64,000 nt of DNA from Octopus vulgaris (GCA_951406725.2 OX597814.1:82398001-82462000), one strand, 5' to 3'; numbered from the stretch's first letter, positions 25,801 to 39,700 are shown. Notes: generated from the letters alone by a model not told the origin. Made by a program: numbers and translations.

Positions 25801-27003
25801 CACCAGACGCATTTCACTGCTGAAAAACATTCCAGGGCATTTACCATGCATTTCTTTGTCTTCTTTGATCGTTCATTTCCTTTCCCGGAACCTTACTGGC
25901 GAGGGGAGTGATGTGGATCTTGCATGCATGGAGTGGATTCGATCCACCATAGCCAAATTTAAATTAACACTGCAACAGAACTTTTCCCATGGTGGAACAA
26001 TGGTTTTTTTCTGACAGCAGTTTTACATTTTCCAGATGCCTTTAGCTAGGCCGAAATAATGTCTTCACCACTTGGCCCTTTCTAACCTCTTCTACTTCAC
26101 CAAAAGCTAGAATAGAGATAACAAGACCAACAACTAAATCTATTGTTCTCAATGATACGTCTATCCTTTTGGATAGTTATAAAAGCAAAAACCAAGTAGT
26201 TACTTGGCGACAACTGAGCGAAGCAACTTGTGACGACTCAATTAGTTAGGGAACGGACTGCTAGAATCATGATCACAAGGAATGCCTCTACTAAAGATAA
26301 TGGTCAGCGAGAGAAATGAAATTTACTGTCAGCAACTGGGAGACAACACCTTACAATTCTCACTAGCTCTAATTCTGTTCTCTTACAACATTCGATCTCT
26401 CTCCGCAATTACTACTAAACAATGAAGAGAACATAAACAAACTTTACTTCGCATGCTTTTGGACTTATCATAACCTGCTCGCCGAGGCAAGGTATTGTAA
26501 CGTAAGGGTAAATAAATACTTTCTTAAAACTTCATGCATTGTTCATCTTTCACATCCTACAGTATGCAATTATAACAACAAATCTTTATCATTACAACTG
26601 TTGACTCTGACATTTCATAATATTGTGTACCTAATCAATCTTACCCATTACAATTGGTAACTACACCAAAATAAACTTAATCCTTAAAACTGGTGACCAT
26701 CGACTACAGCTAAAAACTTTATCGTTACAAATACTTATTGTAAATATATATAACTAGAAATATAATATTAATAGTTTCCCCATTCCCAACTTTATATTGG
26801 TTTCAAATTTCAAGGGGAGGGTAAACCAATTACATTCACCCAGCGCTCATTTGGTACTTATTTTATCGAATCTGAGAGGATTAAAGGCAAAGTCGACCTC
26901 GGCGGATCGTAAAGACGGACGAAATGCTGCTATGTATTTTACCCGGCGTATTCTCAACTTTGTATTAACATTGCGTTTGTCTCTGCGTTTACTGAAAAGC
27001 TAG

Positions 27004-27267
27004 CCAATAGTTGGGCGACACGTATATAATTTAACAAGTTGCATGCCCTCTCGAATTTGTTTACAGCTGTTAAGTATTTTTAGTATATATTTGCATATTT
27101 ATTATTCTACTTTAATAAACATTTTGAGCACATGAAAATTTTGGTAATGATTCCTCTTCTAGAACTTCCTTTTTTTTTTATTTATATATATATCAACAGT
27201 TGTATATCGATTTGTATTTGTAAAACGTGGCTTTTCAGAGGTCTGAAACCACGTGGTTTGTTGACGT
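27004..27267 (+). promoter_or_regulatory. ER-stress-type motif cluster upstream of Derlin-1
   Basis: CCAAT-N9-ACACG (27004-27022; ERSE consensus CCAAT-N9-CCACG with 1 mismatch), ACGTGG (27225), palindrome AAACCACGTGGTTT (27246-27259) and TGACGT (27262). Confidence 0.5.
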
Positions 27268-27759
27268 CTGAAGTGTTACGTTATTGTAATAAATATCTGA
27301 CCGAGTTACCTTTCTTGTAATTTAAAAAAATTACATATTTCATATAAATTGATGGATCAGCCCAAAGTCGGTTATTCTTTTATTTCAGTGATCCCAAAGA
27401 AATTATTACAATGATAATGAATTTTGTACATCCATTTATATTCGCAAGTTAGTAAGATAACAAACAATATTTTAATTCAAACGAACGAAAAAAATATTAA
27501 ATAACACAAACATCTTATTCTGACCATTTGTATTGTGGAGAACTTGTGTTTGTTTTACACCGTTTATTCAATTGCTAGAAAACTCTTCCATACAAGGGCT
27601 TAACATTTTCGATAATCCTTTTGTTTTAAATTGATTAATCTCACCCCAAAGTGGCCGTTTGAAAGACAACACATTGAAAGTATTTTCCTTGTAAATTTAG
27701 ACATTTGTTTGTGAATTTGTTTGAAGAGGACATTTCTTGTCCTCGGACGACACTACAGT

Positions 27760-30700
27760 ATGGCGTCGAACGACATCGGAGATTGGTTTCGCAGCATTCC
27801 ACGGATTACTAAATTTTGGTTTGTTGGATCTATTGCACTACCTCTAGCTGCAAAATTTGGTTTGCTTTCACCTGTGATGTTGATTCTACGATATGATTTT
27901 GTAGTCTACAAGTTTCAGGTTTGAAAACTTTATCATAATACTTTTAAATGAAAGAAATTATAATTTTATATACGTCTAATATAATTGTAATGCTTTGACA
28001 GAATCGTAAATGATTTTTCAAATAACTATAGTTTGTTATGTATAAATATTTAATACTTCTCTGTAAAAGAATGTTATGCAATTTATACTCAATACTGAAT
28101 ATATGAACAGTGTATTTTATTTTGGTGTTTGATATAAATATCTCATCAAAAAGGCCTACTAAATACAAACTCAAAAGATCCGACGACTATCGGGTCAACG
28201 AATGGCTTCGACGTTGTTGCTCGATGCGAGAGAACTAGAAACCAAAAGTGGTTTTGGTTATGCAAAGTAAAAAGAAGAAAAAAAAGGACTGATCACAGCA
28301 TGAGCGTCTTCTTAATTAGGGCTGATAGGAAAGAAACAACAACCGAATGTCACGTTGACAACTCGGAAGTGGCCAAAATATCTACTGTTGATTGATATTT
28401 TAATTGAAGTCACGTTTGGCCGGAACTCTCTATGTTGGTATTAAAAAAAATATTGACATGAGTGAGAAACGAACCCCAGTTCCTGACTGGCTGAGAAGGT
28501 ACACACAAACATATATACTTACGCAATTTTGTGTGTGTTTATGCGTATGTGAATCCTACACTCTAGATCAAACATGTACAGATAAATGTCGGACAGTTTT
28601 ATTTAGCTGTGGGAAATTTATGATGCCGACGAGTTCAAACTTTTGACTTTCTTTTTGTGTCGAATTTAGTTGACTTTGATAACGAAAAATTCTTTGTTTC
28701 GCTTAAGCTAAATAAGTAAGGGGGTTGGTATTATAACACAGTTATAAAGTAGAGAAGTGCATGCTAACCTGGACATTACAGAAACAAATGAAGCAAGTAA
28801 GAACGAACCCTAGCCACTTACAGACATGCAAAATAAATACACGAGAACTCACTCCTACACGCACTCTCTCACACACGCATACATCCAAAATAAAAAAAAA
28901 ATATATGCATATGTATTTATAGGTGGAGGTAAAGAATACGTACACCACCTAGTTTTGGCGTAACAAAAACCCTAACTCTTTACACTAGGTGTATGTATTC
29001 TTTACTTTCGCCGTATTTATGCATGTATGTAGATATGAAAGAGAATGGGTGTGTGTTTGTGTGCGTGTGTGACTGACTACAAATACATACAGCGCGCGCA
29101 CACATACACACCCACTATTTTTCATAAACATGCATTTCGTATACACGTACATCTTTCACTTTCTCCTCTCACTTCAAAGCAAATGTCGCCTTCCACACGT
29201 CATGAAAACAAAAGTAAAATAAAAAAATTATTCGGAATTTAACGAACAATCAGCTGATCCAATTTGACACTTAAGCTGCTAAAGCCGAAATATTGCCTCC
29301 AAAATGTTTATATAGATTTATACATTAATCGAAATCAATTCAGACACGTTTGTATATCATGATGAATTAATTCCATCACGCCCTTCACGCAATAACATGC
29401 AGAGCAGCCCTCTTTATAAGCAAACAACAATAATCTGTTTTTATAATCAGTATTTTCTGTCAATGTGGCATGGATCTTTAAAGTTGGGGGCATGGCATTA
29501 TCGATGAAACATTGGTAAAGCAAAGACAACTTCACTGTGAAGTAATATAACAACTAATAATAGCCTCACTATACTATTGTTTACCATAGACAGATTTCGG
29601 AGTGAAGTTAACTGTAAGCAGTAAGTGGTGGGCGCCAGTAACCGGATTTATACAAACCTATTTGCGTATAATTTTGTTTATAGATACTCATCAAACTTTT
29701 AACATACTTTTTATTGGAAATAATTATACTTTTAACTAATATTTGCTATAATGATATTAACAGTTCTTCAAATCAATCATAACACTTGTGGTTTTCACAA
29801 ATAATTGTTCTGCCAAATTGCTTTAGACAGACTGCAACTGAAGGACCGTATTCTGAAAGGCGACATTTTGGAAAAGTTTCGTTGCCTCTTTATATTTCAA
29901 GATGAATTAAATAAAAGTTCTGAATTTTGATGGAAGGATAAGTCATGTTCTTTTCAATGTTTTTTAACATTTTATTTAGTGTCATAGAGTTAAAACCTAT
30001 TTGTTCTGTTGCAGTTACTTTTCAAAAATCAGTTTGGATGTTGCAAATATGTGAGCTATGGATTGCAAGGCTTAGCAAATGTACATAGAATGATTAAAAC
30101 ACTTTAAAGGTTAATTAAACAAAGAAAACACACATAACTGTTGTAGATTCTAGTGATTATACTGATGTAGATTATATTTAACTCCTATAAGTTTACACAT
30201 TTTAGAAAATTGGTGGTAGAGAACGTGGGTATCATTGAGACTTATATAGGATTTATATCAAATCTAAGGATGAAGTCCATGTATGACATATGCTCAGTAA
30301 TCGGCTGTAAACAGGGCGAAAGTTTAGATCAGTATCTCCAAGATTTAAAGGTTTTTACGTGAACTGCAACTTTGGCTCTCATTTGGCTGAAGAGTATGAG
30401 AGCAAATATCATCTGAACGCTTTCATCTCAGGCATCCATTCAAGCTACATTCAATGTTTATTGGAGAACCAGCATAGTCATCTATGACAGATGGAGGCCT
30501 CAGATAACATAATTTCAGTGCCCATGTTGCCATGCTTGGATGGATGAGTGGGTCTTCTCTCTCACTGTTTACCACCAGTCAATATCATTCTTTGTCATCT
30601 TGTCCATGAGCTTTGTCTCCACAATTCTGTATTTTTGGAATTTTGTTATATTATGTATTGGTCGAAGTGATGTCTTCATCTTGGTTGTTGCTTTTCACTA

Positions 30701-33700
30701 CATTTTGACTGTATACTCCAGCCTTCTTCAAGCATCTTGTGATTCACCTTAGTCCCTTGCCTGAGATTGAACTCAGAGCTTCTAGGTAACTGCTCTGCAT
30801 TATCTAACTCCTTTATCCACTATGCTACATCTGCAGTGTCAGAATGAATTTTTAGATTTCTAAACCTCCATTGATGTCTTATGTCGGTTCTGTAAGCGCT
30901 AAATGAGGATGCAAAGAGAGAGGTTTGAAGATGCCACTATGAAAGGTTGCTGAATAAAGAAAATGAATGGGATAAAGAGAGTCTGCCGAATGTCAACCCA
31001 ACAGAGGGACCAGCCATCCGAGTTGAAAATTCTTTGGTAGTTAAAGCAATTAGAAGCATGAAGACAGGGAAAGCCCCAGGCCCATCAGGAATTACTGCAG
31101 AGATGCTCAAAATATCTGGCAGTGTCGGCTATAACCTAGTCACCCGTATAGTCAACCAAGTGATACACGGAGTCATACCCAATGACTGGTGTAGCAGCAT
31201 ACTAGTCAACTGCTACAAAGGTAAAGGTGATGCCCTAGATACAAATAATTACAGAGGTATCAAGCTGTTTGATCAGGTAATGAAGGTTACGGAGAGGGTC
31301 ATAGCCCAACTAATTAGAGAGAGAGTTAGTTTAGATGAGATGCAGTTTGGGTTCGTGCCAGGGAAAAGTACCACTGATGCTATATTCCTGGTATGGCAGC
31401 TGCAGGAGAAATACCTAGCCAAAGATAAGCCCCTGTACCTGGCTTTTGTTGACATGGAGAAAGCCTTTGACAGGGTCCCCCGATCCCTTATCTGGTGGTC
31501 AATGAGGAAACTAGGGATAGATGAATGGCTGGTGAGGGCTGTGCAAGCCATGTACAGAGATGCCGTAAGTAAGGTTAGGGTTGGCAACATGTACACAGAA
31601 GAATTCAAAGTAGAGGTTGGGGTCCACCAGGGTTCAGTACTCAGCCCCCTCCTATTTATCATAGTCCTCCAGGCAATTACGAAGGAATTCAAGACAGGTT
31701 GCCCCTGGTAGCTCCTCTATGCTGACGACCTTGCTCTAATTGCTGAGTCACTATCAGAACTGGAGGAGAAGTTCCAGGTGTGGAAGGAGGGTTTAGAATC
31801 GATGGGCCTTAGAGTCAACCTAGCTAAAACCAAAGTACTAATAAGTAGGAAGGTAGACAATCCACAAATGTCTTCAGGAAGATGGCCCTGCTCGATCTGT
31901 AGAAAAGGTGTAGGTAGAAACTCTATAAGATGTACCCAGTGTAAGCTATGGACACATAAGAGGTGCAGCAATGTCAAAGGTAGGCTAACTGGGAAGATAG
32001 TTTTTGTATGTGGCAGATGCTCGGTAGCATTAACCTCTGAAAATCTGCAGAAAACAACTTCCGTCACTTTCCAGGGGGAAAACTAGAAGTAGTTGATAGC
32101 TTCCATTATCTAGGTGACCAAGTCAGTAGTGGGGGTGGGTGCGTTGAAAGTGTAACTGCTAGAATAAGAATAGCCTGGGCAAAGTTTAGGGAGCTCTTAC
32201 CTCTGCTGGTGACTAAAGGCCTCTCGCTCAGAGTAAAAGGCAGACTGTATGATGCATGTGTACGAACAGCCATGCTACATGGCAGTGAAACATGGGTCGT
32301 GACTGCTGAGGACATGCGTAAGCTCGCGAGGAATGAAACCAGTATGCTCCGATGGATGTGTAATGTCAGTGTACATACTCGACAGAGTGTTAGTACCTTG
32401 AGAGAAATGTTGTACCTAAGAAGCATCAGTTGTGGTGTGCAAGAAAGACGTTTGCGCTGGTATGGAAGAGGTAGACACAGGAAAACCTGGGACGAGGTGG
32501 TGAAGCATGACCTTCGAACTTTAGGCCTCACTGAGGAAATGACCAGCGACTGAGATCTTTGGAAATATGCTGTACGTGAGAAGACCAGGCAGGACAAGTG
32601 AGCCCAGCCCACTTATGCATGCCTTTCCTCCCTTGGACACAAAGACCTGTTGAGGCAAGCGAAGTCGATATAGAACCTCATCCGACGACAGGCACCCATG
32701 CCAACCCCCTTTGCTTGCGAAGACATGTTGGGGCAAGTGAAATCGAAATTGAAATTGAACCAATCCTATGACTGGCACCCGGCAGATGCCAGGACCCCTG
32801 GACTGGTGGTATGTAAAAAGCACTATCCGAATCATGGCCGATGCCAGCACCGCCTCGACTGGCTTCCATGCCGGTGGCACGTAAATTGCACCAATCCGAC
32901 TGTGGCCGTTGCCAGCCTCGCCTGACACCTGTGCGGGTGGCACGTAAAAAGCACCCACTACACTCACGGAGTGGTTGGCGTTAGGAAGGGCATCCAGCTG
33001 TAGAAACATTGCCAGATAAGACTGGAGCCTGGTGCAGCCTCCTGGCTTCCCAGATCCCCGGTCGAACCGTCCAACCCATGCAAGCATGGAGAACGGACGT
33101 TAAACGATGATGATGATGTTTCTCGTGTTCTACATTTATATGTGGTGTCCTGTACCCATATATGCATGTATATATACATATAGATGTAGGTATGTACATA
33201 TATGTATGTATGCATATGTTTTATTTATTAAATTGTTATTATATAACTGAAAGCACGTGTCGTCTTCTTCCAAGTAAGTTTTATATATATATATATATAA
33301 AAGGATCAAATTTCAAATACTAGCCTAGATTCCAAATGTAGAAACAAATTTCGATAATAAATTCTGCAGATTTCACACACTTGTCTCCTATGAAAATTAA
33401 GCAGTTACACATGTCAGTAAGAATTTTCATTCTGATGAGGAGACTGTCAAAGTCTAGAAATGTTCATGATTATGATTGATTTAGGGACTTTATTACACCC
33501 AATGAACTGTCAGGGACTCGTACAAAAATATGAAAAAACCTCTAAGAAATCATCATTGTCGTCATTTTAATGTCCACTTTTCCATGCTTCCATGGGTCAG
33601 ATTGAATTTGTTGAGGCAAATTTGCTATGGCTGGATGCCCTTCTTGTTGCCAAACTTCACTTGTTTCCAAGCAAGGTAATATTTCCACATGGAAAAAAAG

Positions 33701-36700
33701 TATGTTTTTACGAATGATTGAAAATAAACCACACTGCATGTATAAATGTGACACTTACGTTCAACTATTGCATGATACCAAGACAAGGAGACTACAAGCA
33801 CGCACATGCACACACACACCTCCCTGGCTTTTTAATGTTTCTATCTAACAAATCCACTCTAAAAACTTGTTTGGTTTGGGGTTATAGTAAAGACACCTGC
33901 CCAAGGTGCTGCACAGTCAGACTGAACTCAAGACCTTGTGGTTGGGAAAGACACTTATTTACCACACAGCTATGCCTGTACTTACATGTATAAATAAGGT
34001 ATAAAAAATATGTGATATGTTTTTGTTTTTCTTTTCAGATATGGCGGTTGTTAACTTCAGTTCTGTATTACCCTGTTGGTTTCCATTACCTCTTGAATTT
34101 GTACTTTCTATATTCTTACTCAGTTCGTTTGGAAACAGGTATAATTGCTATTTTATTGCCTTTTTTGTAAGTATATCTTTCTCAGTTCCACCTCTAAACG
34201 AAAAATTGAGAAAGATTAATGGATGTTTAATTTTAAAATTCTTATCTTTTAGGCAAAATATTTGTTTGAATTTAGGAAGATATGAGATAATGTTTTATAT
34301 TGTTTCTTTAATTTAGGGATAAGGTGGTTTGTCTCTATTTTTATGCCAAGGGAGACAACAGCGTTGAAATATTTCAAATTACAAGACAATGTTGTTTTGA
34401 CATATGATGTTGGTGTGAATTGCCTGAAATAATAAGTGCCCTTCCCCTAATGACTATAAAAAGAGAAAGGAGATATGAGTATTACTATGTGAGGCACTAA
34501 ACAAACAATACAAATGAAGAGAAAAGAGAGAGTAAGTTCCTGAACCAATCAATTTGGTATATGTACACATGGTCTTCAGGTAAATTGTGACAGTCATTAC
34601 TTGCTGAATGGATTAATGAATCCTACATAACTGGACTTTTCCAAGACTGGTCTTTTCTCCTAAAGATGGGACTTTGAGCCTGAAATATAAAGGTTTCGTT
34701 AAACTTTCCGCATTGTCAGAAGCTGTCTAGTACCGATCTCGAACTGTGGAAGAAAAAAAAGCTCATTATCATAGAATTGAAAAAAAAAATCATTGATAAA
34801 CATGAGAGAGGAGTGTGTGTAGTGGACATAGCACGTCAATACGACCGAAGTATGTCGGCGATCTGCACCATCCTGAAGAAAAAGGATTACATCAAGGCTG
34901 TTACAACAGTAAGGTGTGTCTCCAGGCTCTCCAAGCAATGTTCATCTGTCCACAAAGAGATGGAAAAATTGCTTCTCCTGTGGATCAACGAGAAGCAACT
35001 TGCAGATGATACAATTACAGAGATCATAATTTTCAAGAAAGCATGAGCACTGTATGGTGATCTTCTGAAGCAGAACCCTGAAACATCAATGGAGGAGACA
35101 TCAGCAAACATATATAAGGCCAGTCACGACTGGTTAGGTAATTTCAAGAAGAGAACTGGTGTTCATAGCGTTGTCAGGTACGGAGAAACAGCGAGTTCTG
35201 ACATGAAAACAGCTGCGTATTTTGTGCATGAATTCTGTCAGCTCATCGCAGCTAAGGGGTACATCACACATCAGGTATTCAGCTGTGATAAAATTGGCCT
35301 TTTTTTGTGAAAAAAATGCCCAAAAGAACCTGCATAATTGCAGAGGAGAGGAAAATGTCAGGCCACACGCCTATGAAAGATAGGCTGACTTTTGCACTTA
35401 GTGCCAATGCAAGTGAGCCTTGAAGATTAATCTGTTCCTTGTCTACCATTCCAAAAATCCATGAGCAGCCAAGTTGCACAAAATCCGGAAGGAGAAACTA
35501 CAGGTCATGTAGAGGGCAAATGTTAAAGCCTGGGTCACCAGGCAATTCTTCACCAGGTGAGTCAACCTTATCTTTGGACCAGTAATGAGAAAGTACCTTC
35601 TGGAGAACAATCTTCCTCTCAAGGCCCTCCTCATCCTCGACAGTGATTCTGCTCACTCTCCTAATTTTGAAGATGATATCCTGGATATCCTCTGTATCTA
35701 TCTGTCTGCCTGGCTATCTACCTCTCTTACCCTCTGTCTTTCTATCTGTCTGCCTATCAATCTCTCTTCTTCTCTGTCCCTCTCTTTATCTGTTTGTCTG
35801 CCAATCTCTCTCTCTCCCCCTCTGTCTCCCTCTCTATCTATCTTCCCCTCTATCTGACTATCTGCCTATCTATCTCTCTTTCTATCTGACTATCTGCCTA
35901 TCTATCTCTCTTTCTATCTAACTATCTGCCTATCTATCTCTCTGTCTATCTGCCTGTCTGTCTCTCTGAGTGAGTAGGGTGTTATACTCACATAAGATTG
36001 TGGTTTTGAATCTTGGATGTGTTCTTCAGAAAAGCATTTTATCTGCAATCTCTTAGACATGTAATTGTGGCACACTATGCATATGTACAAACAATGTTGA
36101 TTTGGTGGTGGTAGTGAGATAATATGCAACACAAACATTTGACCACTATAAACAAATCATCTGTGTACATTATTCAACAAGAAAATGGTGAACCCTCATC
36201 TGTTGTACAAGAGTCTACGATATATGTGTGTGTGTGTGTTATACTTGTTTCAGTCATTAGACTGCAGTCATGTTAGGGCACTGCCTTGAGGAATTCTTTT
36301 TAGTCAAATGAATTGATCCGAATACTTATTTTTTTTTTAAGCCTGGTATTTATTCTATTGATCTCTTTTGCTGAACTGCTAAGTTACAGGTATGTAAACA
36401 CACCAACATCAGTTAAGTTCATAAATTCATGAAAGTTCTTTACCTTTCATGCAATGCCACCCCTATCTTGCAGCCCATGGACCAATAGGTGATTTCTAAT
36501 TTTAAGAAATTGTACACCAAATACCTGTTTTATCAGTGCTTTGAAGTTGAGTTTTGGAAGGAGCACTACAACATTGTTAACTGCTTGAAAATTGTAGATA
36601 TAGTCTGGCAGGATGTAACAAGGAGAATTCTGCATGGAGGAAACTTTGGCTTAATTGTGAGTCCAAAAGAGACTTTGAGGGGTTTGAGTCTGTGACATCT

Positions 36701-39700
36701 GTAGTTGAGGAGATAATGTCTCTTGGCAAGTCCAAGGGCCTCAAGGTTAATGATGGGGGACATTAATGATCTCGTGAAGGAACATTCAGAGGAGCTGACA
36801 ACAGATGAACTTCTGTAGCTTCAGGAGGAGCAGCATTCAGATACGGTGGAAGAGATTGGTTCCCCAGAGGAGGACAGTGTAGCAGAGAAAGCTATCTCTA
36901 TGAGTGACATAAAGGCAGTGTGTAGACAAAGTGGCAGTATGTTTCTGAATTTGTAGAAGAAAAAAAATCATCCTGGAAAGGTATCTGCAGGTCGTATAGC
37001 TGCTTTATTTAATGACACTGCTCTGGCACATTTTTGTAATATTTTGAAAAGCAGGAAAAAGCAAACTTCTCTTGATATGTTTTAAATGAAACAACTTGCA
37101 AGTGTGGAAAGTGAAGAGTGTCCAGAAAGCCTGAATTAAGTGAAGTGAGAGAGAAAACACCAGAAATTGTTCTTCCTGAAGTCTTAATGGAAGGTCCTCC
37201 TTCCACAATAATCCTCCTCCTCCTCTCTGCTCCATTGTCTTCCTGCACGTGCACAAATTGTCCCACCTTTAAGGTAATTAAATTGATAAAACCAGTTTAC
37301 ACATTTCTTTTGCATTATATTTTATTATGTTTTTATAATTGTAATTTTCCTTGTAACTGCACCTTTTCTGTTTTAAAACAAATAAAAAATGATTTTTGGG
37401 TGGTTTTCGGGGTTGGATTGGATTAATTATATTTTAATTAATTTCAATAGGTAAAATTGATTTGTAAAACAAACTTGTTCATGGAACAAATTAAACTCAT
37501 ACTGCAAGCTATCACCACGTGTGTATGTATATATGTATGTATGTGTTGTGTGTGTGTGTGAGGAAAACTTGGTGTACTAGATGGGAGTATGTAACAATTT
37601 ACATCAGTTGTTGCATCATCATCATCATAAACTTTTAGTTTTATGGCTTACATTTGGTTATTTTTGCATGCATTATTATTTTAACCATGTTGAGGTGAAT
37701 AGAGTTGAAATGCCTAAGAACATTTGGTTTCTTCTTTCAAATCCTAAGTTCAACTCTTACTTTGGTCGTCTTTGCCTTTCATCTTTTCAGGGTTGATAAA
37801 ACAAATATGAACAGTGAACTGTAACTGACTGAGTCATTAGCATCTTCCCTTACGAATGTGTCACTTTGTGCCAGTGTAACAAATTGGTATCTAAATTTTT
37901 CAGTCCTCAAATATATTTGCTGTTATATTTAAGGAGTTTTATCAAATTACTCTATATCAGAATTCTCTTCACATTATAATTAAACTTGTTTAAATGGTGA
38001 GTTGGTAGAATCGTTGGCATGATGGACAAACTGCTTGGTGCCATTTCTTTTGACTTCTTACATTCTAAGTTCAAATACTGATGTGGTCAACTTTGCTTTT
38101 CGTCCTTTTAGGATCAATGAAGGAAAGTACTTCGCAGCCAAGTACTGGGGTTGATATAATTGAGTTGCCCCTTCCCCCTAAAATTGCTGGTCTTGTGCCA
38201 AAATGTGAAACCATTGTAATTAACCTTGCAATTTGCATTTATGTTTTTATCTTTTTATTTCAGGAACCTTTTTAGGTCGCCCTGCTGATTATATAGCACT
38301 GTTGTGTTTCAACTGGATCTGTCTGATTGTATCCTTTTAAAATGAAACGACTAAAAAAATAACAAAACAAATAGACTTACTAGTCTTGCAAAAAGCAGTT
38401 TTTTTAAAACAAATTTGTCAACTGACACTTACAACAAATGTCTTGCATGTTTTCAGTTTGTTCTTTGTTTTAGCCATTACAGCCGATGATAACAACATTG
38501 AGAAATGTTTTTCAATTATAGCAAAACTGTAACGATTACATTTTTCAATATATGCATCATCATTTTGTGTGTTTTTTACCATACAAATATGGATTAAACA
38601 GTCCTTATGTCATGCCAGTCACTGTGGTCCATCATAATATAGCACTTGCCTGAATATAAAAAAATTACTATCTCTGCTGTTTGAGGTTATTTCTTATGGC
38701 ATGGTTTCCATGTCTGGACATCTCTCTTATCACCAACCATTTTACAGATTGGACTGTGTGCATTTTGTCTTGCTACCCAAACCGGAAAGATTATCTCTGC
38801 AAAAGCCCTTATGTTGCCTCTAGAGGTTTATTTTTAATATGCATACATAAATACATGTGTGGATGTGTTTATGTATATATGCATGTGTATATGTATATAT
38901 ACACACATATATATCTCACCAACATCATTTTGATGTTCATCTTCAATACTAGCATGGGTTGGGATGTTCAAAACGATCTTGATGAGTTGAAGGACTGTGT
39001 TGTACTGACAAGGGCTGCTTCAGTGTAATTGGTTGCATATCTGTTTGGGCTACAAATGACAAGTCCTGCAGGCAGTTTCCTGCCGTTTTCCATCCCAGTG
39101 GTTTTTCACCCAAGCTATTATAGTTGAACTTGCTTTGAGATACATTGTTAAGCATGTCTAAAAACATTACACACACACACACACACACACATATACATAT
39201 GCCTATACACACATTATATTGTAAATTAGTCTTAATTATTTCAATGACTTTATCATGGTGGAAAATATTATCTATGACTGAAATCTTGTCAAACATGCCA
39301 TCAAATACATCAAGGTTGAGGTTAAAGATTGTCGATAGTAAGAGGGATTTAAAAAAAAAAAAAAATTTGTTTCAGAATATAATTTAAACTTAAAGATGTG
39401 TTTTTTCCTTTACTTCAATCCCTAAGATAATAGGTTTAACTGCAGGTCTCTTTGTAAGTAAATTTTCTTTATACTTTAATGTTTCACGATTATTTATTAT
39501 TTATTAAACTTTTACGTTGTTTCACAGAACATTGCTTTTAAATCTTATGTAATCAAAAGTATCTGATTTCTCCTTAATTTGATATTGTCAACTGATTCTC
39601 TTTGAAATTGCTTGGTTCCAACTTTGGACAAGTGTCTCTTACCATAGCATTGGGTCAATCAAATCCTTGTGAATGGATGTGGTAGATGGCAACTGGAAGA

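Larger units (their letters stand above)
15400..26450 (-). pseudogene. Decayed usherin (USH2A)-like pseudogene: laminin-EGF remnants followed by many FN3 remnants, interrupted by TEs
   Basis: Collinear frameshifted remnants. EGF-like: ENNRFSCWSCYLYSS (26150-26106), W*RHYFGL (~26070-26047), LQC*FKFGYGGSNPLHAC (25975-25922), NGLYKLNVVGHHCDFCLNGSRYAGMMLGC (22925-22839). FN3-like: LPVAYSNVLEANVVH (22744-22700), TIIG/LLPFAKQNFSLKV* (22139-22084), TPRYNVTARVCANRHG (21581-21534), STNYVI*/NLQTYHEQFIVC (~18503-18446), ETNDIISVEIVHKTKSKLFAGISSDY*DL (15947-15861). Confidence 0.6.
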
